Origin: Eledone cirrhosa
Lineage: Eukaryota
Assembly (NCBI GenBank): GCA_964016885.1
Contig: OZ024740.1
Span: 425,072,001 to 425,136,000 of the forward strand
DNA: 64,000 nt
Direction: 5' to 3'
Both the position numbers and the translations under genes were made by a program. The notes under the pieces are model-generated. The model ran no database searches and had not been told where the DNA came from. It saw only the letters and a program-made list of their open reading frames with translations. Numbering within the stretch: position 1 is the first letter of the stretch; each line of letters starts with the position of its first letter. Below are positions 39,798-54,560 of the stretch, one piece after another.

Positions 39798-40241
39798 GAA
39801 AATTTTAGTAAGTAAGTTAATTTTAATAATTTTCTTATTTTACGTCTTTCATATAATTGTTCTGCATCCTTGCATAGAACCACAAAGTTACTAAGACATA
39901 ACATATATATTTGCCAGCATAGGTATACATCTGTATACATATGTTGGTAGATATACTAATTCTTTATATTTATCTCCAAATTATTTGTTGAGCAAAACTT
40001 GCCGAAATTACTGCTATGGTTCATGGTAGTAGTTAGGCTCTTGTCTTATTACACCCCACTCCTCACTGATTAACCTCAGTGTCACGTGATTGATTCTTTA
40101 GAATTTGCCACTGACCAAGAAGGCAGTGACATTTTTCAGTGTCCTGTAATCTAGTCCTCGCTCGCTTTTTTCCATCCACTGAATTATTTTTATATGAGTT
40201 CCTTGTGTCCACGCATTGCCTGGGAACTTAGCTGAGAATAG

Positions 40242-40323
40242 ACTCCCTGATGACGTCAGGATTTCTCTATGGTTGCGTTGCGTAACTATATTTATTCCCT
40301 TACAGAAACTAATTAGTTGGAGT
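40242..40323 (+). ncRNA. type I hammerhead, copy 2
   Basis: Same as 39716, with one stem II substitution (GTCAGG). Confidence 0.8.
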
Positions 40324-40489
40324 GAAAATTTTAGTAAGTAAGTAAATTTTAATAATTTTCTTATTTTACGTCTTTCATATAATTGTTCTGCATCCCCTTG
40401 CATAGAACCACAAAGTTACTAAGACATAACATATATATTTGCCAGCATAGGTATACATCTGTATACATATGTTGGTAGATATACTAATT

Positions 40490-40526
<37 letters not shown>

Positions 40527-40588
40527 GGAAAAATTTGAACAGGGACAAAACAGAGAGGCAGTACAACGAATGTTTATTAATTTCACGA
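40527..40588 (-). mobile_element. 60-bp extreme 3' end of the Neptune element in (TA)n
   Basis: Matches 29829-29887. Confidence 0.75.
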
Positions 40589-40611
40589 TATATATATAAA
40601 TACATACATAC

Positions 40612-40686
<75 letters not shown>

Positions 40687-40780
40687 GCAGTACACACATA
40701 CATCTACATAAGTATATATATATATATGTATACATGTATATATGTATATATATATAGGCGCGCGCACACACACACACATA

Positions 40781-40811
<31 letters not shown>

Positions 40812-41154
40812 TCAAATGTACATACATACATACATGAATACATACATACGTATATACATACATAACTATATACATACACTGGAGCGTATGTATATATGCA
40901 TCTGTTTTGAGTTTGTATGTCCACAAGGGAGACAAGACCGAGTGAGAGAGACCTATGTCTGTGCCCGACCTAATCAGGGATTTCATGGATAATTTACCGT
41001 ATACCATGTATGGGCATACCCAACACCCTATCAGGAGTAGCAGTCGCTTTTGTAAAGGACTGAGAGTGTTATACGTAAAGTAACTCACGTCCCATCATTC
41101 ATGTTGCATAAAATTGGTGAAGTAATCATTTTTTTCTTTTTCAATAAACTGTGT

Positions 41155-44100
41155 ATTTATGGACGTGTGTGTATATGTATGAACGTGTGTATATGGACGT
41201 GTGTGTATATGTATGAACGTGTGTATATGAACGTGTGTGTATATATGAACGTGTGTGTATGTATGAACGTGTGTATATGTATGAAAGTGTGTGTGTATAT
41301 GGACGTGTGTGTATATGTATGAAAGTGTGTGTATATATGGACGTGTGTGTATATGTATGAACGTGTGTGTATTTATGAACGTGTGTATATATGTATGAAC
41401 GTGTGTGTATATATGAATGTGTGTGTATATATGAATGTGTGTGTATGTATGAACGTGTGTGTATGTATGAACGTGTGTGTATATATGGACGTGTGTGTAT
41501 ATGTATGAACGTGTGTGTATATATTGGACGTGTGTGTATATGTATGAACGTGTGTGTATGTATGAACGTGTGTTTATATATGAACGAGTGTATATGTATG
41601 AACGTGTGTGTATGTATGAACGTGTGTGTATATATGGATGTGTGTGTATGTATGAATGTGTATATATGAACGTGTGTGTATATATGAACGTGTGTGTATA
41701 TATGAACATGTGTGTATGAACGTGTGTGTATGTATGAACGTGTGTGTATATATGGACGTGTGTGTATATGTATGAACGTGTGTATATATGGACGTGTGTG
41801 TATATGTATGAACGTTTGTGTATATATGAACGTGTATATATGAACGTGTGTCTATATAAGAACGTGTGTGTATGTATGAACGTGTGTGTATGTATGAACG
41901 AGTGTGTATATATGGACGTGTGTGTATATGTATGAAGGTGTGGGTATATATGGACGTGTGTGCATATGTATGAACGTGTGTGTATATATGAACGTGTGTA
42001 TATATGAACGTGTGTGTATATATGAACGTGTGTGTATATATGGACGTGTGTGTATATGTGTGAACGTGTGTGTATATATGAACGTGTGTGTATATATGAA
42101 CGTGTGTGTATATATGGACGTGTGTGTATATGTATGAACGTGTGTGTATATATGAACGTGCGTGTATATGAACGTGTGTGTATATATGAATGTGTGTGTA
42201 TATATGAACGTGTGTCTATGTATGAACGTGTGTGTATGTATGAACGTGTGTGTATGTATGAACGTGTGTGTATATATGGACGTGTGTGTATATGTATGAA
42301 CGTGTGAGTATAAATGGACGTGTGTGTATATGTATGAACGTGTGTGTATATATGAACGTGTGTGTATATGAACGTGTGTGTATGTATGAACGTGTGTGTA
42401 TATATGAACGTGTGTGTATATATGGACGTGTGTGTATATGTATGAACGTGTGTGTATATATGAACGTGCGTGTATATGAACGTGTGTGTATATATGAATG
42501 TGTGTGTATATATGAACGTGTGTCTATGTATGAACGTGTGTGTATGTATGAACGTGTGTGTATGTATGAACGTGTGTGTATATATGGACGTGTGTGTATA
42601 TGTATGAACGTGTGAGTATAAATGGACGTGTGTGTATATGTATGAACGTGTGTGTATATATGAACGTGTGTGTATATATGAACGTGTGTATATATATGAA
42701 CGTGTGTATATGTATGAACGTGTGTGTATATATGAACGTGTGTGTATATGAACGTGTGTGTATGTATGAACGTGTGTGTATATATGAACGTGTGTGTATA
42801 TATGAACGTGTGTATATGTATGAACGTGTGTATATGTATGAACGTGTGTGTATGTATGAACGTGTGTTTATATATGAACGTGTGTATGTGTATGAACGTG
42901 TGTGTATGTATGAACGCGTATATATATATGAACGTGTGTGTATATATGAACGTGTGTGTATATATGAATGTGCGTGTATATATGAACGTGTGTGTATATG
43001 AACGTGTGTGTATGTATGAACGTGTCTTTATATGTGAACGTGTGTATATGTATGAACGTGTGTGTATGTATGAACGTGTGTGTATATATGGACGTGTGTG
43101 TATGTATGAACGTGTATATATGAACGTGTGTGTATATATGAACGTGTGTATATATGAACGTGTGTGTATGTATGAACGTGTGTGTATATATGAACGTGTG
43201 TTTATATATGAACGTGTGTATATGTATGAACGTGTGTGTATGTATGAAGGTGTGTTTATGTATGAACGTGTGTATATGTATGAACGTGTGTGTATATAAG
43301 GACGTGTGTGTATATATGAATGTGTGTGTATGTATGGACGTGTGTGTATGTATGAACGTGTGTGTATGTATGAAGGTGTGTGTATATATGGACGTGTGTG
43401 TATATGTATGAAGGTGTGTGTATATATGGACGTGTGTATATGTATGAACGTGTGTGTATGTATGAACGTGTGTGTATATATGAACATGTGTATATATGAA
43501 CGTGTGTGTATATATGAACGTGTGTGTATATATGGACGTGTGTGTATATGTATGAACGTGTGTGTATATATGAACCTGTGTGTATATATGAACCTGTGTG
43601 TATGTATGAACGTGTGTGTATGTTTGAACATGTGTATATGTATGAACGTGTGTATATGTATGAACGTGTGTATATATATGAACGTGTGTATATGTATGAA
43701 CGTGTGTGTATGTATGAACGTGTGTGTATGTATGAAGGTGTGTGTATGTATGGACGTGTGTGTATGTATGAACGTGTGTGTATATATGAACGTGTGTGTA
43801 TTTATGAACGTGTGTGTATATATGAACGTGTGTTTATATATGAACATGTGTATATGTATGAACGTGTGTGTATGTATGAAGGTGTGTTTATGTATGAACG
43901 TGTGTATATGTATGAACGTGTGTGTATATATATGAACGCGTGTGTATGTATGAACCTGTGTGTAAGTATGAACGTGTGTATATGTATGAACGTGTGTGTA
44001 TGTATGAACATGTGTGTGTATGTATGAACGTGTGTTATGTATGAATGTGTGTGTATGTATGAACATGTGTGTGTATGTATGAACGTGTGTATATGTATGA

Positions 44101-45035
44101 ACGTGTCTATATATGTATGAAAGTGTGTGTATATGTATGAACGTGTGTATATGTACGAACGTATGTGTATATGTATGAATGTGTGTGTATGTATGAACAT
44201 GTGTTTGTATGTATGGACGTGTGTGTATATATGAACGTGTGTGTATATATATGAACGTGTGTGTGTATGTATGAACGTGTGTATATGTATGAACGTGTGT
44301 ATATATGTATGAAAGTGTGTGTATATGTATGAACGTGTGTATATGTATGACCGTGTGTGTATATGTATGAACGTGTGTGTATGTATGAACGTGTGTGTAT
44401 GAACGTGTGTATGTATATGAACGTGTGTGTATATGTATGAACGTGTATATATCTATGAATGTGTGTGTATGTATGAACGTGTGTATATATATGAACGTGT
44501 GTGTGTATGTATGAACGTGTGTATATGTATGAACGTGTGTATATATGTATGAAAGTGTCTGTATATGTATGAACGTGTGTATATGTATGAACGTGTGTGT
44601 ATATATATGAACGTGTGTGTATGTATGAACGTGTGTGTATGAACGTGTGTATGTATATGAACGTGTGTATATATGTATGAAAGTGTCTGTATATGTATGA
44701 ACGTGTGTATATTTATGAATGTGTGTGTATGTATGAACATGTGTGTATGTATGAACGTGTGTGTATGAACGTGTGTATGTATATGAACGTGTGTGTATAT
44801 GTATGAACGTGTATATATATATGAACGTGTGTGTATGTATGAACGTGTGTGTATATATGAACGTGTGTGTATATATGAACGTGTGTGTATATATGAACGT
44901 GTGTGTATATGTATGAACGTGTGTGTATGTATGAACGCGTGCATATGTATGAATGTGTGTGTATGTATGAACATGTGTATATGTTTGGACTTGTGTATAT
45001 ATGTATGAACGTGTGTGTATATATGTATGAACATG
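41155..45035. repeat. about 3.9-kb minisatellite, unit about ATGAACGTGTGTGTATRT (14-22 bp)
   Basis: Directly visible. Confidence 0.97.
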
Positions 45036-45341
45036 TGTGTGTGTGTGTGTATGTATGTGTGTATGTAAATTGAACTGCGGCTGTGTCTATGATGCACATT
45101 CTAGTTTTGTCAAATGAAACCTCTTTACTGAATTAATTTGATTGTGGTTCAGTATTCCGTAGATCTATTATCATTAATGTCAGCCAAAATCAGTGTTATA
45201 CAGGGTGAGGTAAGCCAGGCCGTTTGAATTACAGGTACAGTCCATCCGACGGATTTCTCAACAGATTTTATCTATCGAATTTCACTGGCAATGTTTCAGC
45301 ACGTTACACACACACACACACAGCCATACACACACACACAG

Positions 45342-45374
<33 letters not shown>

Positions 45375-45619
45375 TCCATACACACACACACAGAGACACA
45401 CGCACACAGACACAGACAGATACACATAAACACACACAGACAGATCCATACATACACACACACACACTCACACACATAAACACATTAATACACATAACAA
45501 ACACTAACACACAGAAACTCCACCAGCAACTCATAGCAGCGATGTACAATTCCAATAGTACAATATAAGATGACATAAACACTGAATGGAAGGAGACCGC
45601 CAATTTTAAGAAGATAGAA

Positions 45620-46270
45620 GCCCATTTTGACTGACTTCGCCCACCCTACTATAGACCCAAAACACAACTTTCTAACCCTAAATGTAGAATGGTTAATTCA
45701 AGTAATAGTCAGATAGGTAGAATTAGTAACCGTATTTTCAACGACATTAACATCAAAAGCAGAAGGATATCAGGCCTAATCATAAATATATATCCATATC
45801 CATCGTCCTTAGGTGAAACAGCAAGCACAACTTATAGTTTACATTCTCTGTTTTCTATCAAGGCTTGTAGATCTTCCTTTTCAATTTCAGTGTCTCTTAC
45901 TAAGGTATCCTGGTATCTGAGCTTTTTGATGGAGGAGATCTCCCACAACAAGAGGTCTGAAACCATCTCATCTTTTGCGCAGAAGCAGTGACAGCAAACC
46001 TACGATTGTCAATCAGTCGCGCACGAACAGTTTTCAACAATGCCGTCATCAACTGGTTTCAAGGCACTAAATTCCTAGACTTCGGGAACATGAGGGTGAA
46101 CGTCTGCGATAGCAAAATACCTCTGAACACAAGCAAGCCGCTACTGTCCCACGCTCTCAGTGAGTAAAAGGAAAAACACCCACTGTTCGACGTGTCAATG
46201 GGCTCATACGTCGGAGCTGAGATCACTGACCTCCTTGGTTTATTTATTCTTGCCACCATCAGAAAAGTTT
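45620..46270 (+). pseudogene. Naiad-type Penelope RT fragments
   Basis: NPKCRMVNSSNSQIGRISNRIFNDIN and FDVSMGSYVGAEITDLLGLFIL, matching NPKCRLINP..EIG.ISK and FDVTMGSYDGAE motifs. Confidence 0.8.
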
Positions 46271-46393
46271 CAACTCCTTCCCCTGTATTTGCATCATGTA
46301 GTACTTGAACAGGTACCATGTTAAACTTTTCTGTATGGTTTAGGTTTTGATAATATATATTTGTTGTGTGTTAATTGATATATGTATATATGC

Positions 46394-46420
<27 letters not shown>

Positions 46421-46424
<4 letters not shown>

Positions 46425-47351
46425 AAAATTGAACGGGAACAAAACAGAGAGGCAGTACGAACAAAGGTTTATTAGTTTCACGCTCTTGAGAGTGGGGTGG
46501 TGGTGGGGAACTACGTTTCGGGCATAAGCCCTTCTTCAGGTGAAAAGTGTGTGGGAAGAGAGTTCAAAGGGTGTATAGGGGAGTGGTGGAGAGACATATA
46601 GCAAAAAGGGGTGAGAGGAAACGGTGCAAATGAAATTAAAAATAAAGGCATGATCAAAATAAAATTAAAATGGAGTAAAACAGGTGGTGGAAGGGTGTGG
46701 GGCGTGTAGGGGTGGTGACGGGTGGAGTGGGGAGAGGGAGACAGGGTGTGTGAGCGGGGAGGGCTGAAGGTGGTGTGTGTGTGTAGGTGTACGTGTGTGT
46801 GTGTGTGTGTATGTGAAAGCAAGGGTTGGGGGAAAAACGGGGTTGCATGTTCAGGAAGAGGTGTGTGTGGGGTGGGGTGTAAGTCGGAGTGTGTGTGCGT
46901 GTGTGGATAGAGGGTGGGGGGAGAGGATTCCGGAGGCTGAATGTGTAAATATGTGGTGGTACGCACGTGTGTGTGTGGTGTTTATGCGTGTCGTAGATGT
47001 AGGTGGCGTGTGGGAAAAAAATTGTTTTGGGTGTATGTCTGGGGGTGAGTCGTAAAGGTAATTCCGTAAAAGGATGTGGTGGAATGCTGAGTAAAATCCT
47101 TGGGATGCGATAGATCCTCGGGATCAAGGTTCACATATGTGTAATCCGTGAAGCGATTGGTCGGAAGAGGGTAGATGTGGGGTGCGCGCGCAACAGGAAG
47201 TGGTCAGAGGGTCAAGGCAGGAGGAGGGTTGTGTGTCTGTGTGTGCGGGGAGGTGGTCAGAGAGGCATAGCAACAGTAGGGTAGAATGGTAAGTGAAGAA
47301 AGTCGGTGTGTCAGTGTGTGCGGAGGTGCGGTGGACAGGGGAGAGGATGGG
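46421..47351 (-). mobile_element. 3' UTR/pLTR-only copy of the Neptune element
   Basis: Aligns to 29829-30735. (TA)n on both sides. Confidence 0.9.
46510..46541 (-). ncRNA. minimal type I hammerhead (Neptune), GUA site
   Basis: Minus strand: AC CTGAAGA A GGGC TTAT GCCC GAAA CG TA GT. Confidence 0.8.
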
Positions 47352-47365
47352 TATATATATATAAA

Positions 47366-47580
47366 ACAAGGAATGTGTGGTAAGGAACCAGATGGACCAT
47401 AACGCACCAGAGTACTCGATATTTAGGGTAGTAGTGTGGGTAACAGGAAAAGAGTCAGGACCCCGACGGCTGAGTTCCCGTCGTTTCGACAGCTAGATCC
47501 GAACTAACCCACCAGGTTAGTTCGGATCTAGCTGTCAAATCGGCTGGAGCTCCACCGTCGGGGGCCTGACTCTTTTCCTA
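47366..47580. mobile_element. family D fold-back, opposite orientation
   Basis: Tail, then ggaaaagagtcagg..gacagctagatccgaactaacc cacca ggttagttcggatctagctgtc..cctgactcttttcc. Confidence 0.9.
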
Positions 47581-47612
47581 TATATATATATGTATATATA
47601 TGCGGAGTTGTA

Positions 47613-47643
<31 letters not shown>

Positions 47644-47977
47644 TGTTATACTTGGGGAGGGTAATATTTGTGTAATAATATTAGCAGAATTAATAACAGA
47701 ACACATTCACTGTTTGGTTGGTTTTCGCTTCTGTGACTTTTATATCGGTTTATATAATTTATTCGGTCCTCAATGTTACCATTGACTGACCAACGGTAAA
47801 AAATACAGATACAATACAGACACAAACACATATATATAGTCTATCAAAGTTCTTTCGTTGCACATCATATCAAAAACCTCGCAAAACTAATTCATCGCCG
47901 TATATATATATGCCAAAAACATATATATATATATATATATATATGGCTCTGTCTAGTTTATGTGTATGTAAACTTCT

Positions 47978-48054
<77 letters not shown>

Positions 48055-48056
<2 letters not shown>

Positions 48057-48179
48057 TTATTAAAATAACAGATTATAGTTTAAGGAAAATAAATATTTCC
48101 TCTACGGTTCTTATATATTTGATATATATTTATCCTTATCGAGCCCTCTTTGGATTTTAGTCTTCAAATTTATTATTAT

Positions 48180-48183
<4 letters not shown>
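48055..48183 (+). mobile_element. family A 3'-terminal fragment with a 5' inversion
   Basis: 48088-48183 matches 60808-60903. 48055-48083 is the reverse complement of cttaaac..aataaat. Confidence 0.85.
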
Positions 48184-48264
<81 letters not shown>

Positions 48265-48409
48265 GTGTCAGTGGTGAGTAATGTGTTTTATTTAGGGTAT
48301 GTGGCACCTGTACGAACAGAAGTGACATATCGATACCAAAGTCAGATCAATCCTACAGATAAAAACATCATGCTGATCCTCTAGGTTGACCAATGTTTTG
48401 TAATTGGAA

Positions 48410-48630
48410 TTTAGTAGATAGAGAGAGGCTGGGCAGATTTTACGGGGTCAAAACCAACCAGCAGGAGACCTAGGTGTAAACCCCGAGCAAGATGGTTGGA
48501 TAACATCCATGAGCTTGGCTGGTCTCGCTTGGGGATCCAGCCGGATGTCAGTTGGAGACGGTTGCTTCTGACAGGACTCGCTGGAAGGAGTGTTTGAGGA
48601 CTATGTCCTCCGCGATCTCCCTCAAGAATA
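48410..48630 (+). pseudogene. RTE-clade LINE C-terminal remnant
   Basis: RRPRCKPRARWLDNI...ASDRTRWKE. Confidence 0.7.
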
Positions 48631-49574
48631 AGCGGGTCAATATGGAATAGATATGACAAAACTGAGTCTGAAGACGGAACCGTGTTATTACCCTCTACTA
48701 TAGCTTGATGAGGTCATTAATAAATTCGGGCCAGTGGACTTTGTGGGGTCCGATTGCCGTGCATTAAATACATACTAAGGGCGGTGGATTGGCAGTATCG
48801 GTAGAGGGTCAGACACCATGTTTTGCAGCGCAGAATTACGGAAGACGGAACCGTGAAGGCTTCGAACTGTTATTACCCTCTACTATAGCCTTGGGTGGAA
48901 CAAAGTAACGTGAATGAAATTTGGTAAACTTGTTGAAGCACATCAAAGACAGGGCCTGTGCTAATTCTTTAGTGGTTGACATACTTCCTCTCCCGGTTTA
49001 ACACCACCAACAGACAACACGGGAGCCTTTAGCAGAGCCTTCTTAGATACCAGCTCATAAGGATAACTTTCGCTATTCCACCCAGCGGTCAGGAAGGCCA
49101 TATAAGTAATCATATGGGTTTCTCTTCGCCTCTTACTAATACATGAAACTAAGTTACAAGTATTCACCCAACACCTGTTTACTTATATAACTAGGAAAGA
49201 ACTTCTTACACATCAACATATATAAGTGTAGTAGAGAATTTTATTCAATATGGTTAAAAATAATGTGTGTATATATATATGCGTGTGTGTGTGACTGATT
49301 GTGCTTACTAGGAAGTGTAGGTGTGTGTGTGAGAAGTGGGATAAACGTGTGGTTTTACAGTTATATAAAATGACCAGAAACAACAGAATATAAGAAAGTA
49401 AGCATAAATATATATATATATACACATAGAGAGAGACAGATTGATACATATAGATACATCATATATAGTTACTTACACAGACATATATATATATATATGA
49501 ATATATACAGAGAGAGAGGGAAAGAAAGAAGGAGAGAGAGATTGATAGGTATAGATACACAAAAACGCACACAA

Positions 49575-49633
<59 letters not shown>

Positions 49634-49667
49634 GAGAGAGAGAGTAAGAGAGAGAGAGCGAGAGAGC

Positions 49668-49716
<49 letters not shown>

Positions 49717-49790
49717 ATATTGATAGTTATATACAAACACTTATTTTTCTTTGGTGTAATTTTGTATATATTGTTTTTATATATTTTTAA

Positions 49791-51592
<1,802 letters not shown>

Positions 51593-51984
51593 GTGTAATG
51601 CCAATCAACGTGTGGCTGTGTCTTTAGTGAGGTTTTCCAAGACTATTGAAAAAGTAAATATATAAAGGAGCAACATTTTAAGGACGAGTATTTTATCTTT
51701 TTTTTATAGCTAAGGAATAGGATTAGTAGGAGTGTCAGCATTATTTGAAGGGCCTTCGATATTGGCATCTCTGTTTCTTATGGGACTGGCTGTTTATTCC
51801 GAGTACCCCAGAGAAATGAGCTTTGATGAGAGATTGACTTTGACAATCTTGAAGTGATTCAGCTTAGATCGTTTCTTTTCGTTCTGTTGTTTTATTTCCA
51901 CATTTATTTGAAAGTTAAAATCTTTCTGGATTCTAGAAGTAAACAAAACAATTAAAGATAGCACCACTCAACACTACTGCAGAC

Positions 51985-52160
51985 CACGCAGACTGCGTCG
52001 GTTTGGATATGGGAATGATAATGGTGGCTGTTTACATCGATGTACCTAGATTGTAGTCCCTGATATACGAGAAAGGGGATGCCCGTGTAAGAAGAGATAA
52101 TCAAAGATGATCTGAAGACCTGGAACCTGGACCAAAACCTATCCTTGGAACAAATACTCA
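51985..52160 (+). pseudogene. degenerate RTE C-terminal remnant
   Basis: RRLRRFGY ... RKGMP ... IIKDDLKTWNL. Confidence 0.5.
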
Positions 52161-52410
52161 GGAGAGATACTTTGAAAGAGACTATCAAAATATCCAATGC
52201 TTGTGACAGGTAAGATTAAACTAGACAATGACGATGATGATGAACAAGCCAATGCTTATCTCAGCTTCATGTGATATGAAGTAGTTCAATGTATTAGATT
52301 CCCCGTGAATAAGATGTTAGTCTCCCCCAACATTAAATAATAGTAAATATTGTAGATAGTCTCAACTATCTGCATTAGAATTGACCTTTCTATTCCTTTT
52401 AATAAAATAA

Positions 52411-52493
52411 AAGGGTCTGTTGAAAAGTTCGTAGGCTGACCAAGATACTCTCATGGAATGACCAAATGAGGTTTATCTTTTCAACATAGTCCC
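52411..52493. mobile_element. possible mariner-type terminal fragment
   Basis: agggtctgttgaaaagttc..ttttcaacatagtccc resembles mariner ends. No partner TIR seen. Confidence 0.35.
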
Positions 52494-53270
52494 TGGAAAA
52501 TAACAATGCAGTTATTAATAAGAAGAGTTGAAATTAATGCATACAAGATTTCACAGCTCTAACATCAGTCCTTTACAGTTAAACTATGAACGTGTAACTT
52601 GAAAATAATTCTAAGGTAGATCATCACAGAATGTGTTACAAAACTGTCTTTTGAATCTTTGGTTCCAATGAACAAAGTTATAAATTAGTGGTTAGTTCTA
52701 TTCATAATCTATAGGAATCTCTCTATTTTCAACTACATAACCACAATTGAGCTGTCTTGTAATTGTAAATATACACTTGCCGCTGTGGTATAAAATACTT
52801 TTGAAGATTAGTATCCAGATCTTTCTGTGTCATACTATATATGGTAAACGTTAATTAAGTTTTCAAACTTCCAACTAGGTTTTCTTCCTTGCACTGGAAA
52901 CAAGCCGTTTCAGTGGAAAAGGATTCTTCCAGTTTCGAATACTGTACAATGTGTTTCCTCGTAGTATTTCAGAACACAATGGTACTACTTACTTGGAACG
53001 GAGCAATCTTGTCATAAATACGAGGTAAGGGATACCTGTCAAGATATACGAACCTGTTTATATTTTCAGAGTAATCAATAAATAAACATCCTTTAGAGGA
53101 TGTTTTACAACAACCTGAACACACAAGGGACAGTTATTGCAACACGTTATGCCTTTTCTTAAATATTGTGTTTCTATTTTTAAATAAAAATAAAATATTT
53201 GCTATCTCCGGAAGAGTTTATGACGTCATTTAACTACAACAGGACAACAATCAGATGTCAGATTAGCAAA

Positions 53271-53405
53271 TAATGTTTTTACTTTTGGCACAAGGCCAGC
53301 ACATACCCAGTGCATTACTGGTACTTTATTTTATCGATCTCGTAAGGATGAAAGGCAAAGTTAACCTCGGCGGGATTTGAACTCAGATGGCAAGGGCCGT
53401 AAATC
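53271..53405 (-). mobile_element. Meta-like SINE
   Basis: Same core as 2530. Short inverted duplication of gcgggatttgaactcagat at 53403-53421. Confidence 0.8.
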
Positions 53406-54411
53406 TGAGTTCAAATCCCGCTGATGGAGGGTCAACTTGTATACTACTACATCTGTAAGTAACAAATAAAGGCAAGTCCCCTTTATATGTTAGTGTTCGA
53501 CCAGGGTTCCCAATCTTTCACAAGGAAAAATTATCGAAAGCACACCGAAAAAATATTCGAAAGCACACCGAAAATGTTTAGTAAAAGTTTTTAACTGGTT
53601 TGTTGTTTCCATTTATCCTCCTGTTGTTGTTTCTTTTATAAAGGTTCTTTACATATCTTCTTTGAATATATTTATGGAAGTAGCCTTGAAATACCTTCTG
53701 AATACTCAAAATCCTACATCGCCCACCAAAATCTCCAATAACTCACCATTTTCTGTTCAGGTGCTCATTACCCACCCAACAGTTGTAATCGCCTACCATT
53801 GGGAGATATCGCCCAAGTTCGGAAAAGCTGCATAAGCTTATCATGAGGGTTTTGAAAGTTCTAACCAAAAGTAATGTGAAAGTATATCTAAGGAAGAACG
53901 GACAGACGGACATAACGTGGTTTCGACAGTTCAATTTCTATCCTTCAATGTTTAAATTAACAGTATGCTGGTAGCTATGGAAAGAGAATTTCTCTGAGCA
54001 GAGGGGTAATTAGGGAAAATGAGGCTTATGGCAAGCAGTGAAATTATGCCCCTGCCCAAACATCTGACACCCATCATTTAGATAACCATAAAATCAGCTT
54101 AAAAATATCAATCACGTTCGTTAATGTTTTAATTGAAAATAATACATGAACAATACAACTGGATCTTCCTTGCATTTACTGATGCAAATTTATCGATGTT
54201 GTGGTCAAGAGGTGACCCCTTCATGTGGGCCCTCCTTAACATGCCGCTCATGGCACGTAACATGCTTGCCCTACCCTAGTTACGCGTCAGTCACTGAGTA
54301 CATATGAAGTGTTTTTTTTACTAAATCATGATGAAGAAAACTTTCAACCTTATCTATCTATTATGTCCCTGGCAAACTAGGTTCACACATTCATTCGATA
54401 TTACTCCTGAG

Positions 54412-54560
54412 GTGAAGGCGCATGGCTTAGTGGTTAGAACATTGGGCTTGCAATCGAAAGGTTGTGAGTTCAATTCTCAAACCGGGTGATGTGTTGTTTC
54501 ATTGAGCAAGACACTTTATTTCACGTTGCTCCAGTTTACTCAGCTGTAGAAATGAGATGA
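54412..54560 (+). mobile_element. CORE-like tRNA-derived SINE
   Basis: tggcttagtggtta A-box, gagttcaattc B-box, gagcaagacactttat. Confidence 0.8.

Larger units (their letters stand above)
39645..40493 (+). mobile_element. non-coding tandem (1.5-mer) HHR element with a 5' inverted segment (retrozyme/pLTR-like)
   Basis: 39710-39963 is repeated at 40236-40493. 39645-39710 is the reverse complement of 40179-40244. Ends in (TA)n. Confidence 0.85.

Noticed and set aside
42216-44066. 616-aa ORF and overlapping ORFs
   Set aside because: Minisatellite translation.
54412-54490. tRNA genes at A/B-box sites
   Set aside because: The boxes run into SINE core sequence and no cloverleaf or acceptor stem forms.
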